Source: Owenia fusiformis
Lineage: Eukaryota
DNA length: 64,000 bases
Reading direction: 5' to 3'
Assembly (NCBI GenBank): GCA_903813345.2
Contig: CAIIXF020000001.1
Span: 47,058,001-47,122,000 of the forward strand
The position numbers and the translations under genes were made by a program. Below are positions 25,381 through 36,661 of this stretch, piece after piece. Positions within the stretch are counted from its first letter, which is position 1. Each line of letters opens with the position of its first letter. Below the pieces are notes generated by a model. It searched no databases, was not told the origin of the DNA, and saw only the letters and a program-made list of their open reading frames with translations.

Positions 25381-28279
25381 TTACTTTTTGCCCCAACTCC
25401 AGACGCACCTGAACCCACAGTAGTACCTGTACCTCCATGGGCAGCACCCCAACCGAACGTTACAGATCCAACCACATCGGTACCCTCGTTTAAATCGTGT
25501 CGATCCTATAATATAGTTTAGCACATTTGTTTTTATATGATTTATATGTGCGATGTGTATCATGAGGACTTATCCATCAAGACACCAAGATAACTAAATC
25601 CAGTCCTGCTTCAAGTAATACCAAAGTTAATTCTACAACTAGCCTTGGGAACCTTTTTTCTCATTACAATTGAGACGTACGTGTATAATATGCATATTCC
25701 CAAATTCCGACTCACGCATACCGTTTTATTTATATTCTTTTGTCTTTTCTGTTATAAAGATTATTATTTTTATAGACATACATTACTATTTAGACTATTC
25801 AGACGTTCATAAACAGATAATATGATAATATACAATTAGGTATACTCAAATAACATACTTTTTGAGATATCAGTATTCATATGCTCATTAATCAATTCCT
25901 CACGAACAGGCACGAGCCAATGCAGAGGTAACTCGTCGCAAGCTTCGCGTATCGCATCGGACAGGAAACCTCGCTCAGCAACGGGCTCCTCAGCTGGCAT
26001 CAACCGGGGGATACTTGAGTCGTTCTTTGGTTGCTCAATATCAAATGTCCCGTCCTTCAAATGAAGACTCAAATTGAGGTAGGCTATACGAACAACTTCA
26101 AGTGATAAGTTTCAATGTTTTATCAATCAAATAATTACCCTATGTGTCATTCACTACATGTAGTAATTTATTCCTTTTTTAAGAATCAAAATGTAGCTGT
26201 TGGAGGGTAGCATACATTATTTTTCATGATTTAAAATTGGCAAGACAAAAGTAGTTTAAAAAGAACAAGCGTCAGTATTCATATCTTGAGATAATTGTCT
26301 TTTTCGTGCAGAAAGGATCTTACCGGATGTGCCTCCATGTAGCTCTCAACAGCCTCTGGACTCATCTCTTCTTTGTCGATAGTGCTGAGGAAGCACCCAT
26401 AGATATTACCTATACGGGTCCGCATAACTGTTACTCCCTGTAGAAGTCCAAAATTAATTACTATACTTCGTTTTCAAAAATTATTATTTCTAATAAATCG
26501 AATAGCATATGGGTCTGCAATTACTTGTTTCGCTATTTCCAATAAAATACATTTTGGCTGTCAATAGCTTGCACTTTCTCTTTATTGTAGAAAGACCTAA
26601 CATATGCACTTCTCAGAAGAATGCGTAAGTTTGAAGAAGCTACACAGAGAGTCGTTTTGATTATCACGTATTACATGTACTTGTAATCACAGTGCGCAAA
26701 TTCTTCATTTTCTTGAGCAGCAGCAACTATGGACAGATTTAAAACTATGTATTAATTATCGAATTCCTTACCTTGTTGAAATCGTGTAAGACAAAGGACT
26801 GTTGTTTGGAGTCATCGATCTCTGTGGTTCTTTTCTCCTTATCCACCTTGACCGTTTCGGCGCTTTCCCCGTCCTTTCCACCTTTCACAATGACAGAGTA
26901 CTCCTGTGGTATTTAAAAATAGACATTCAATCATTTAATACATTTTTTCAAATTTTTTTTTCAAAACTTTTTTTCACATTTTTTTAAAAAATTTGTCATT
27001 TTTTCACTTTTTTCAAATTTTTTTTTCAAAATTATTTTTCACATTTTCTTTCAATTCTTTTAAAAATTTATTTTTTTCAAATTTTTTTGAAAATCTCGCA
27101 AACTTTTAGACCAAGAAAACGCCTAGTACCATAAGTATGTTTTGGAATTTTGGATCTTAATAAGGTATGATGTACCTAAAACCTCAGTAGGTATGAAATA
27201 CATCTGTTATGTACGGTCAGTTTTGGATACAGAGTTTATCCCGCGGGAAATATGTGTATCTCCCTCGGTCCCTGCGGTCCCTCGGGAGATACACATATTT
27301 CCCTTGGGATAAACCCTGTATCCAAAACCTCCCAGTACATAACCCTTATATTATGTATACATACGTACAGTTCGTGTGCCAAAGATGGTACGCCTCAAGA
27401 CGGGATTGGATTTTGAAATATTTTTCTATGATTATACTCAAATAGAAGATGTTTTAGAGTAGATGTCAGAATATTGCATCCTCATGCTGATGAGTGAATC
27501 CAAAATAGCCACCTTAGTGTATGAATTCGCAAGTAAGTTTATTTTTAGATATCTTTAATATTATATTCAAATACTTGGCTCAATGCAATACCAGATTGTA
27601 CTCAATGGTTGTACAATGGATAACATATTTTACTAAAATTACCTTTTTACTTCAGATAAAATAAAATAAAATACCCTTATTAAATCTTCATGTGTTTCTC
27701 TAATCATGTGCATAGCACCGACGAGAGAGCCTACTACGATCAGCACAACCAGGACAACTGACACGCCCACTATGGCATACTTCTTTGTATTTGTTTTGAC
27801 AGGCGAAGGTGCCGGCATCTGTGAGGGAAAAATCACAAAGGATAAAGTTAATACAAACATATAAACAGATAAGCCCCGCAGACACGTCTTATTATGTCTC
27901 TGCTGTTCCAATATTGTTTCATCGAAACAAGGATCAACAAAAGGGATACAAAGAGTCTTGGCAATTATCCAAACTCCATAACGAATGTAATTTTGATACT
28001 TCTTTTCACAGTCATTAAGTTAAATTATTAATTTTAAATGATTGATAATTTATAATATTTCTTTTGATAATTCATAATATTTTCTTTGTAAACATTAAGC
28101 AAGAATTAGAGTGAGGTATTTTCCTAATACCTTTTCATCTGTAAAATATATTCACATTGACTTGACTGGAGAAATTTCCCAATACATGTGTACTCGGAAC
28201 TTACATGTTCTGTGGCGAAGTTCTTTTCGGTATCACCTGCAGCCGCTTCTTTACCAACAATGGAAATATCTGGCTTCAT
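25381..28279 (-). CDS. BRICHOS-domain precursor of a Cys-rich cationic peptide, 261 aa. Exons 28279-28205, 27818-27675, 26903-26772, 26437-26324, 26054-25859, 25505-25381
   Basis: Six GT-AG exons sum to 786 nt with consistent phases. TM helix YAIVGVSVVLVVLIVVGSLVGAM. BRICHOS hallmarks VLHDFNKG, GCF and IREACDELPLHWL (Cys pair). RFKR convertase site, then a 6-Cys peptide and GKK*. Confidence 0.9.
27206..27343. repeat. ~138-bp palindromic (hairpin) element in BRICHOS intron 2
   Basis: Arms GTTATGTAC...GGATACAGAGTTTATCCC...AAATATGTGTATCTCCC and GGGAGATACACATATTT...GGGATAAACCCTGTATCC...GTACATAAC. Confidence 0.8.
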
Positions 28280-28396
28280 CTTTTTAGCTGAGTCGAGTTA
28301 TTTGATGAAACAATTAATTGGTTTGCGAGTTGAAATATTACTAGTTTGTGTTTCGAGGAATAAGGCGCGCACTGCTAGGTCTCAACCCAGGGGCTA

Positions 28397-28478
28397 CTTT
28401 TATATCCCTGGGCATTACGCCCAAGCTTTGTCGCTTTCATTTACGATTGGTTGTTACAAAACGTGTAGCAACCAATCG
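28397..28478 (-). promoter_or_regulatory. Putative core promoter of the BRICHOS gene: TATA box plus an inverted pair of CCAAT boxes
   Basis: TATAAAA on the minus strand at ~28397-28403, ~120 nt upstream of the ATG. Palindrome CGATTGGTTGTTACA-aaacg-TGTAGCAACCAATCG at 28444-28478. Confidence 0.5.
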
Positions 28479-29744
28479 AAAAGGAAAAACAAGGAAGTAA
28501 CCTTGAGGTTCTGAGAAATTAACTTTTCATTATTTTAATATTACAATGACTATGAAAAGAATAGGTACTTGACTTGACAACAAGGTAACCTTACAGTTCC
28601 AAAAATCGTTTATTACCCTGGTGTCATTGTACCTGTATTAGCGTTCGTGTTATTTTTGACAATATTTATACACGTTAGTCTAGTTATTCCCTTGACAGGC
28701 TTCTTGTCACATATTTATTTGTATTTGATTACTTTGATGGCGTGATCAGTATGCTCCAGACATTGTTGAAACACATTTTGTGAATGACAATGCTTACCAT
28801 AATTAGGTAATTATGCCTTTATATTACGTAATTACTACAAAATAATTAGCAAAGACCATAAAACAATAGCTCTCTTGTCATGTATGGGTGGCTACAGTGC
28901 TCAATCTTTTAATTAAAGGTAACCTAGACTATATCCTTTACAAAAGTACTGAGATATGTATGAGGGCCATTATACATAAAGCTTAAAAATAACAAAGAAA
29001 CATATGATGATATTAAAATGTTAAAAATTCAATTTAATCATCATTAAAGTATCATAATGTTTGCACAACTTGTTTTGATCTGACATTGTTGATTTGTGTT
29101 CATGAGATTATATAAAAGAAAGCAGGATATTCTCGTGTATGAGAATTAGTTATTTAAAAAGATTAAAATCTATTACTTGGGATATTAATCACTTGTATTA
29201 CGCAACAAGTAATGAATAGTACATATATAATATTAGTGATGGCCAGGAAGAAAAGTTCTGTTTTATTGTAAATGTAATCATAGAAACTAAAACCAGTAAG
29301 CCATCAATTACAAAACTATTTTTTGGAGTATGTTGTGTTTCACATCATTATAAAGTGAACATGTAGAAAAAATGATAATGAATCACTTGTAATTTAATTT
29401 TGAAATATACAGCATATCTTCTCGAATGTACATTTCTCATGTTCGTGCATAAATCATTATATTAAACAAGATACATTTTCTGCATATGTATGATATAACT
29501 GAAATATTTTAAGACTTATTCAAAACGCTAATTTAATAATAAACACTTTATATTATGTAATCAGAATGAAATTAAGAAAATGCTATACCATAATTCCATA
29601 TGGATGTTAGAGTCATAATATAACATTTTCTTTGAATGTTGAGAGATTCTTTTAATTGTCACTTCAATCAATTTGAATGTCAATCAGATTATCAATTGTC
29701 AATGTGTGCAAAAATTGTAACAATTGCCCCTCTGTGATGCTTGG

Positions 29745-32700
29745 ATTTTTGCAATTATTGTTACTAATACTATGGCATTGACAATACTCAGTACATTGTA
29801 TCGCAGACTGTCTGCATGGGCATCTAGCGGTAGCACACTTCATGCTATTCCATTCCTTAAGGTCAGGGTGTATGATGGGAATTTTTCTGCATTCCTCAAT
29901 TGAGTCACATGTTATTTTTCAAACAAGAATCACTCCTTCCCCACATTGTCTATATCTTCCAGTTTTGCACAAAGATTGCACTTATGTGCCTAGAAAAGAT
30001 TTATGATAAGAATGTTTTGATAAAATGTATAAAAAACAAGAAAATTCAGTGACAAAATTTAGAAAATTTTCAGAAATTTTTTTCACTGAATTTTTTCGTT
30101 TTTTATACATTTTACAAAACAAATCTTCTCACAACTCTTTTCTAGGCACATAAGTGCACTCTTTGTGCAAAACTGGAAGAGAAGAGTGTATTATTTTTCA
30201 AACCCATATGCTGTCGGGCAGATGGCTGTTCTTGGCTCGTCAAGGAGATGCTTTTGTAACAGAACAGAAAAGCATGCCCTATCTGGGCTTTCAGTGATCT
30301 ACTTGTGGGGGAAAGGTTGTCTAATGTTGCCCCACTTACATTGATGATATTGCCAATATCTAAGTTCATCCATTGTCTTCGAGGCAGAAGCTGGTTTTAA
30401 AACTGACACTAAAAACTGCTCAGCTCCCTGGTAGCTTAGCTCTTGCAAAGGGACATCTTGGTTGTCACCAAATCCAACGAGCAGATTCGGATCAGCTTTG
30501 ACTGCTGCTGATTTGGTTCCTACTTTGTAATATCAGAGCCTGTCAGGGCATGGAGTACTGGTAAAGTGTCACATACTAGTTTTGCCAAGGTGTGTATTGG
30601 AATATATCTTGATGTATTTCCTGTACCACCTTTCATCCATAACTCAGTTACTCTGAGGCTCTTCCAGTAATACATCAAGAGAACAAATACATCTGTGTCA
30701 GGTGATAGCACAACAAGTCGCTTGAAGTCATTCACTGCACAATCCATTGAGTGGGGAATTAACCTATGGTGTGCCTCCTCAAGATCTCCATCTAGCTGTG
30801 GCAAATATGTAGAGGAAAGGCTCTGACAGGGCAGTGGACTTTCACCAGATGTGCCACTGAGAACAAATTCTGTGCCTGGGTGTGATCTTGCATACTTCTC
30901 AACATGTTGCCTTGATAATACCTGAAGTTGATTTGTTGTTTCCACTTGGTCAAAAGTGTACCATGTTCACAGGAATTGGTGTTGAGATACAGATGGTAAG
31001 TAAATCAATGGGCTGAGCTGTGTTCTTGCGTTGATGTTCACTATCTTTGACAGTACCTTCTTTGTAAGTGTCAAAATCATAATCAATTTGTTTCGCATTT
31101 GAGGCAATGATTAGGACTGAGTTATTACACCATCACACAACCCCCCCCCCAAAGGAGGCTATCTTTGAGGTGGAAACCTTCCTCATGTATGCCATGACAT
31201 CTAGCAGATAAGCTGTGTCATCTATACCTACTGCACCTCTTGGTTCCTTGTAGTTATAGTCATTCTGATTGAGATGTATTTCTCCAATTCCTTTGTCAAA
31301 ATGTGTTTCTCTGGCTTTGTCATCAAACCACTATCATCAAAGAGGTAGCTATTTTCAATGATATCAAACGTAAATAGCTTTTTGCATGTTGTATTTTCGC
31401 ATTCTTGCAAGATCTATTGTTTTGTCACCTTTGAAATTGTCTATATTTCTTTTCTTCTGGCCTTTTGGTGTACTACTACTTGACTTTTGGGCAGAGGTGA
31501 CATTCTGAAATGTCTTTAGGTTGTGGCGGTGGATGACATCATTTATTTTGGATATTTTCTCTACGAAGACATCTTCTCTCCATTTAGAGGAATGTTCCAT
31601 GCCAATCTCAAAAATATTCACAATGTCATCTCAGACAGTCTGAGGCATAATCTCTTTTGTGGGGATATTGTGGAGCTTTGACTCGCCAGACTTCTTGAAG
31701 GGATTTTCAGCTTCAGTGATGAGCCTTATTATGCTGCTTATGTGGAAGTTCATTGTCTCTGTCTCAATGTTCGTGAATTCATGATGGAGGTGTAGCTCAT
31801 CATCCATGGGACTAGTTGTGCCAGTTAAGTCTCTGAGAAGCTGTGTCTCACTTAACATTTCATGATAGATGATTTCCCACTCTGCAACGCACTTTTTTCC
31901 CTTGTTACTCCAATTATTCCACCAGGAGACTTTTGAGATCTGATGATAGTTTGTTCACGTGCCATATCTGCTGCTACAGCACTAAACTTTCCACTTGATC
32001 TCTTAATGACAAAGCCGCCTTTAGGAAATATTCATGGACCTCAGGAGCATCAACTGGAAGTCTTTTCATGTCTTCAAGGTACATAGATGCCCATCTTGTG
32101 TAGTTGGTACGATCAAATACCTTGAGAACAGGTAATGCAGCTTCCACCGAGCCAAGATGCAAATTCCAGTCACCAAGTTGCCTGTCACTGCGAATCATAT
32201 TTTTCAGAATATGAACCATGTTGATGAACGTACTCCAAAACAAAAAGGTCTCACTGTCTTTTTGGCGGGCAACAACAAAGGTATTTAAATATTTTAGCAT
32301 CTCTTCTGAAGTATTGCTAAACTCAAGCAGGAGAGCATGTGACCTGTCTTCATCTTTCATGGAGGTATTCTCCTTGAGGTGTCGTAACATTTCCACTTCC
32401 TTAGAATATATCAGAACTTTGGGCTCCTGAAAGAATTCTGCCTAACGCAGTTTCTCTAGTGCCTCGCAAAAATTGAAGCACTCATTTGTACAATGATAGA
32501 CAAATCCATCATCATTCTCATTTTGAGACGCTTTGCAACAATGTCATTTCTAATAACATATGCCTCAAGGATACGCTTACGTCCAATAGTTGTTCCAATT
32601 AATCCCGTTTTTCCTTTCTTTTGGCAAATAATACACTTTTTTCGATCAAAATCACAGTCAGCTGCATGTGATGATTGGATGTTAATCTCTTTTGAACCAT

Positions 32701-32750
32701 GAGATGATTCCATCCTCTTGGGATAGTAGATTATTTTAAGGTATATCTGG
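29745..32750 (-). mobile_element. Decayed Academ-like DNA transposon (transposase + XPG-like nuclease + Cys-rich C-terminus)
   Basis: Frameshifted fragments: CIICQ; GDWNLHL...FDRTNYTRW...YLEDM; EEAHHR...SPDTDVFVLL...HALTGSD; and at ~29750-29840 CATARCPCRQSAIQCTEYCQC...CKN. Superfamily assigned from recalled domain architecture; TIRs not found. Confidence 0.65.
29955..30180. repeat. ~226-bp palindromic MITE inserted in the Academ-like remnant
   Basis: TCTTCCAGTTTTGCACAAAGATTGCACTTATGTGCCTAGAAAAGA is mirrored by TCTTTTCTAGGCACATAAGTGCACTCTTTGTGCAAAACTGGAAGA. Confidence 0.8.
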
Positions 32751-35700
32751 AATAAATATTATTTTAAAATAATATTATATTCGCAGATTTTGAACTTATA
32801 TCTTAACTATCTTTGTTACTTTGTCGTCTTGCGTGTTTAAATTAACAAGGAATTAAAATTGGATTGTTATTATTAAAATGTGAATATAAAAAGGAAACTT
32901 ACCAAGCATCATCATTGTACATGTTGACAAGGCTTAATGATTATTCAGGTTCATTTGGAATATTCTATGACCTATAGTACAACTGCTTTCAATGGTGGTG
33001 TAAAATTAACATAGATAATTTAACATGGAAGAGATATATCCTACTAATGAGGATTCTTGTAACAATAACATTTATTTAAAGAAATCAGTCTAAAAGCACA
33101 ATTAGAGTATTTTCGTGTTATATGATGTAAAACAGGTATTTCTGTCGACTTACCAATGTTGGGGCTTAAGACAATTCGTTAACGGTATCAATTCGATAAT
33201 TGTTCTCAGCCATAATTGCTACTTACATTAGTAGAAATTCGACAAATGTTCGAAATTAAATTGAAATAACCCTCTTCAATGTATTCCGATCTGTGATTGG
33301 CTGCCTTGGCTCAATATCTCGGCAACCGATTGTATTTGCCAAGACTGACGACGGGAAGATTGATGCTCGATAAAACATCATTATTTATAAATTCAGATGA
33401 AAAAACTTCCAAAAAACATACATTTCAACATTATCAGTCGTACATATTGATCATTTTGAAATAAAAGATGCATACTTATATTACTTTTTCAAAATTATTT
33501 TCGTCTCTTTGGTTGTTCTGTTGATATTCTCAATATATTGGTGAAACTGTGCTCATGATTTGGTCTCAAAATATATCTAAGGTATATATGATGTTATATG
33601 AGCAGTTATATTAGGACATTACTGATTGTCCGGGAGAGAAATCTTGACGATCTGATCCCTTAAAGTTTTATGACAATGAATAGGATGGCCAAAGCTTCAA
33701 AGGGATTTAGATTTAACAATAGCACCTATTTGAATGATAGCTATAACAGCATCTGAATACCCATTTGATGTGGTATTTTCTAAAAGGCACATCAATAACC
33801 TATGCATTTGCATCTGATTTAAACTAACATCAAGGCATTTGTTTTTTGTTTTTTTTATCAAGGCATTTGTTACATAATTCAAAAGGTTAACAACCTAATG
33901 GGAGTAATCAAGTAAATGTAAATTATTTAATACAAATGCTAAAATATTTGATGATTCATATCTTATTATTTATAAATGTGAAAAGAGAAAGAAAAAGGTA
34001 TACTCGACAACACAATACAGTCCATTGAAATTGGGCAATTGTTTTGATTTTGCAATTTTTTTTTGTTTAATTGGTCCGCCACCCTCTTTGATGATAGCCT
34101 TTAGTCGCCATTCTGATAGAGCAGTATTAGTGAATTTCTTTCAACTTATCCCAATTGCCAGCTTTAGTTGACCTATGCTCACTAGGATTTGCAACAGGAC
34201 AATTAGATGGGTGGTCATCAGGCGGTATCAGTTCAGGTACATTTTGCAAATAATGTTTATTTATAATGACCCATCACATGTTTAAGTAAGACGTTAGTAA
34301 CATTCTTTATTTAAATATAAGTGTACAATTCATATTGCATGGCTAGATTGCAACTTCAAGTTTCATTTAGTATGCAAATTATAATTTTGGATTAGAAATT
34401 AAAAAAGTTACAGCATTTTTTAAAGTTGCATTTTTGACCCACTCTGTATTTATATGAATCGCGTGATATTATGGAATGAACTTAACTTCCTTTTTAAGAT
34501 TAAAATGTTTAAATGTTGTCATAAAACACCAACGCAAACACAGGCACAATGAGACCAGGATAATAAACTATTCTTAGAACTGACAGGTTACTTTGTTTTC
34601 AGGTCAAGTTACCTCATTAAGAGGAGGTGCCTATGTCAAGCTCCGTGCAAAATTGCATCATACAAGTTGGAGTCTGTTTTAAACGTAATTTTAAGAAGTT
34701 AATACTGCATTATTCTCTGGTTTAAGTTAATGCGTTCATTATGTGGCAAATATATGAATCTACCAAAAACTAGTATAAATAAGTTTCAGATCAATGTAGG
34801 TTTTAAAACATTAGCAGATTAAATAAAACCATTTTTGATAGTGATTTAACGAGGATTTACACATAAATCGATCTAGCACCTTAAACAGAAATTGAAAATA
34901 CTTGAGAGACTTCGTGTCATATGTAAATTATGTAAATCATCGTGAACAGTTCAAAATATTTCGGGTTAAACTAGAAGGTTGTGAGATTAAAGAAACAAAA
35001 CACAAACCGCGTGCCTATTTCAGCCAAAATGCACAAACTGCTCGCATAATTACTAGCCAAACCACGTTTCGATCATTGGAATTTTTATAGAGGTGTTTTA
35101 CATGTATATTGCTTTTGAGATATTTCATTAATCTTGTTATATCGTGAGATTATATGAGATTTGCCTATAAGAAATAATTGATATTTAAATTTAGTGAAAA
35201 GTTTTTCTAAAAGAAGAAATTTGATTTATAAATAACAAATCCAGAATATTTAAATAACAGATTTATTTAGATCAGTAGATAAGTACAATTAATTAAAGCA
35301 ATTAAATACAAACAACTTAATCTTAACTTTCTTTGGCTTTGGGCGGCACTTGATAAAACATGTATCAATAGCACTATACATGTATCAATAGCATTTAAAT
35401 TCACGTTCGTTCTCAAGCTAGCATCATGTGTCGCGTAACGAAGTATAACAAATACATCACAGCGTAACATTGTAATTGTTCATTTTACCGACAAAAATGC
35501 GAAGTTTCACGCGATAAATACGCGCAATGCTCTTCCAAGTTGTTGCAAAAGTTTTAATATTCGTGGAATCTTCTTAAAAATTTCAAGCTTTGTTCAGATT
35601 AATGTGCGCTTCAATACAATTCTATATTTAAAAAGATTGTATCACGATATACAGTGTTAGAATCGTCAGAAAGTAGACATTTCAAATAGTTGTATTTAGT

Positions 35701-36089
35701 TAAAGCAATATATATCTATATGCTGATGCCGAGGGACGATGGGGCTCTGCTCATTTTCATCATTTGCAAAAGTGAAAGCTAATTTCATATATTTAGCATT
35801 TAGCATTAGTATTTGGTCCAAAGGGATTATGAAATATAGAAATCAAGCATTGTCATCCATTTCTTATAACATTTTACAAGTGTCATCCTTTTTCTACTGG
35901 TGTCATCCTTTTGTGGTGTCATCCTTTTATGGTGTCATCCTTTTCATCCAACCGTCCGACTGGTTGGTATTTTACAGTTGTTTTCAAACCTTGCTCTGAG
36001 GGTACATGTATATTGTATACCTATGGTTGGTGGCCAGCGCGCGGTCGGTGCCGCTTTTGAATACATCCCTAATAAGTGATGCTACACTT

Positions 36090-36465
36090 CACGCGGTCCT
36101 AATTTCGACCGTTAATTTAAATTTTTGACCTACCGGATGTTTGAAAATCATGGAGTCTCATACTGCACTGTTTTTCTTCAAACTTGTTCCATTCAAAGCA
36201 TAACAAAAATCCCTTTCTGATGGTACATTATTCTCTTAAACAGAGTCCCTACTTCCAGCGGCATTTTGGTCCCCAGCTGTAAGAAGGCCTTCTAACAGCT
36301 GGGGACCAAAACGAACGAGGGACTCTTTACAGAAAGAAAATTTTGTTTTGCTTTTAATGTTATAGGTTTGAAGAAAAACGGTGCAGTATGAGACTCGCAA
36401 TCCTTAATTTTCAAGCATCTGGTAGGTCAAAAATTCAAATTAACGGTCGAAGTTAGGACCGTGTG
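36090..36465. mobile_element. Fold-back MITE with CAC termini and a 6-bp TSD, immediately upstream of the BCO TATA box
   Basis: CACGCGGTCCTAATTTCGACCGTTAATTT...AAATTAACGGTCGAAGTTAGGACCGTGTG, flanked by ACACTT at 36084-36089 and 36466-36471. Confidence 0.8.
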
Positions 36466-36483
36466 ACACTTGGAATGAATCAA

Positions 36484-36491
36484 TATATAAA
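36484..36491 (+). promoter_or_regulatory. Putative TATA box of BCO copy 2
   Basis: TATATAAA ~175 nt upstream of the ATG at 36662. Confidence 0.4.
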
Positions 36492-36661
36492 CTGAGCCCT
36501 ACAGTTTACTCCACCAAATGTTTCTTTATAGGGTGAACGAACACCAATGGATCGGATCAATATAATAGTGCACAATATATTAACAGCCTGCGTTACCAGT
36601 GCACAATATTCAGTACAACGCTAAGCTATTTATACTTTGGCTACTTGAATACACCGTTAAG

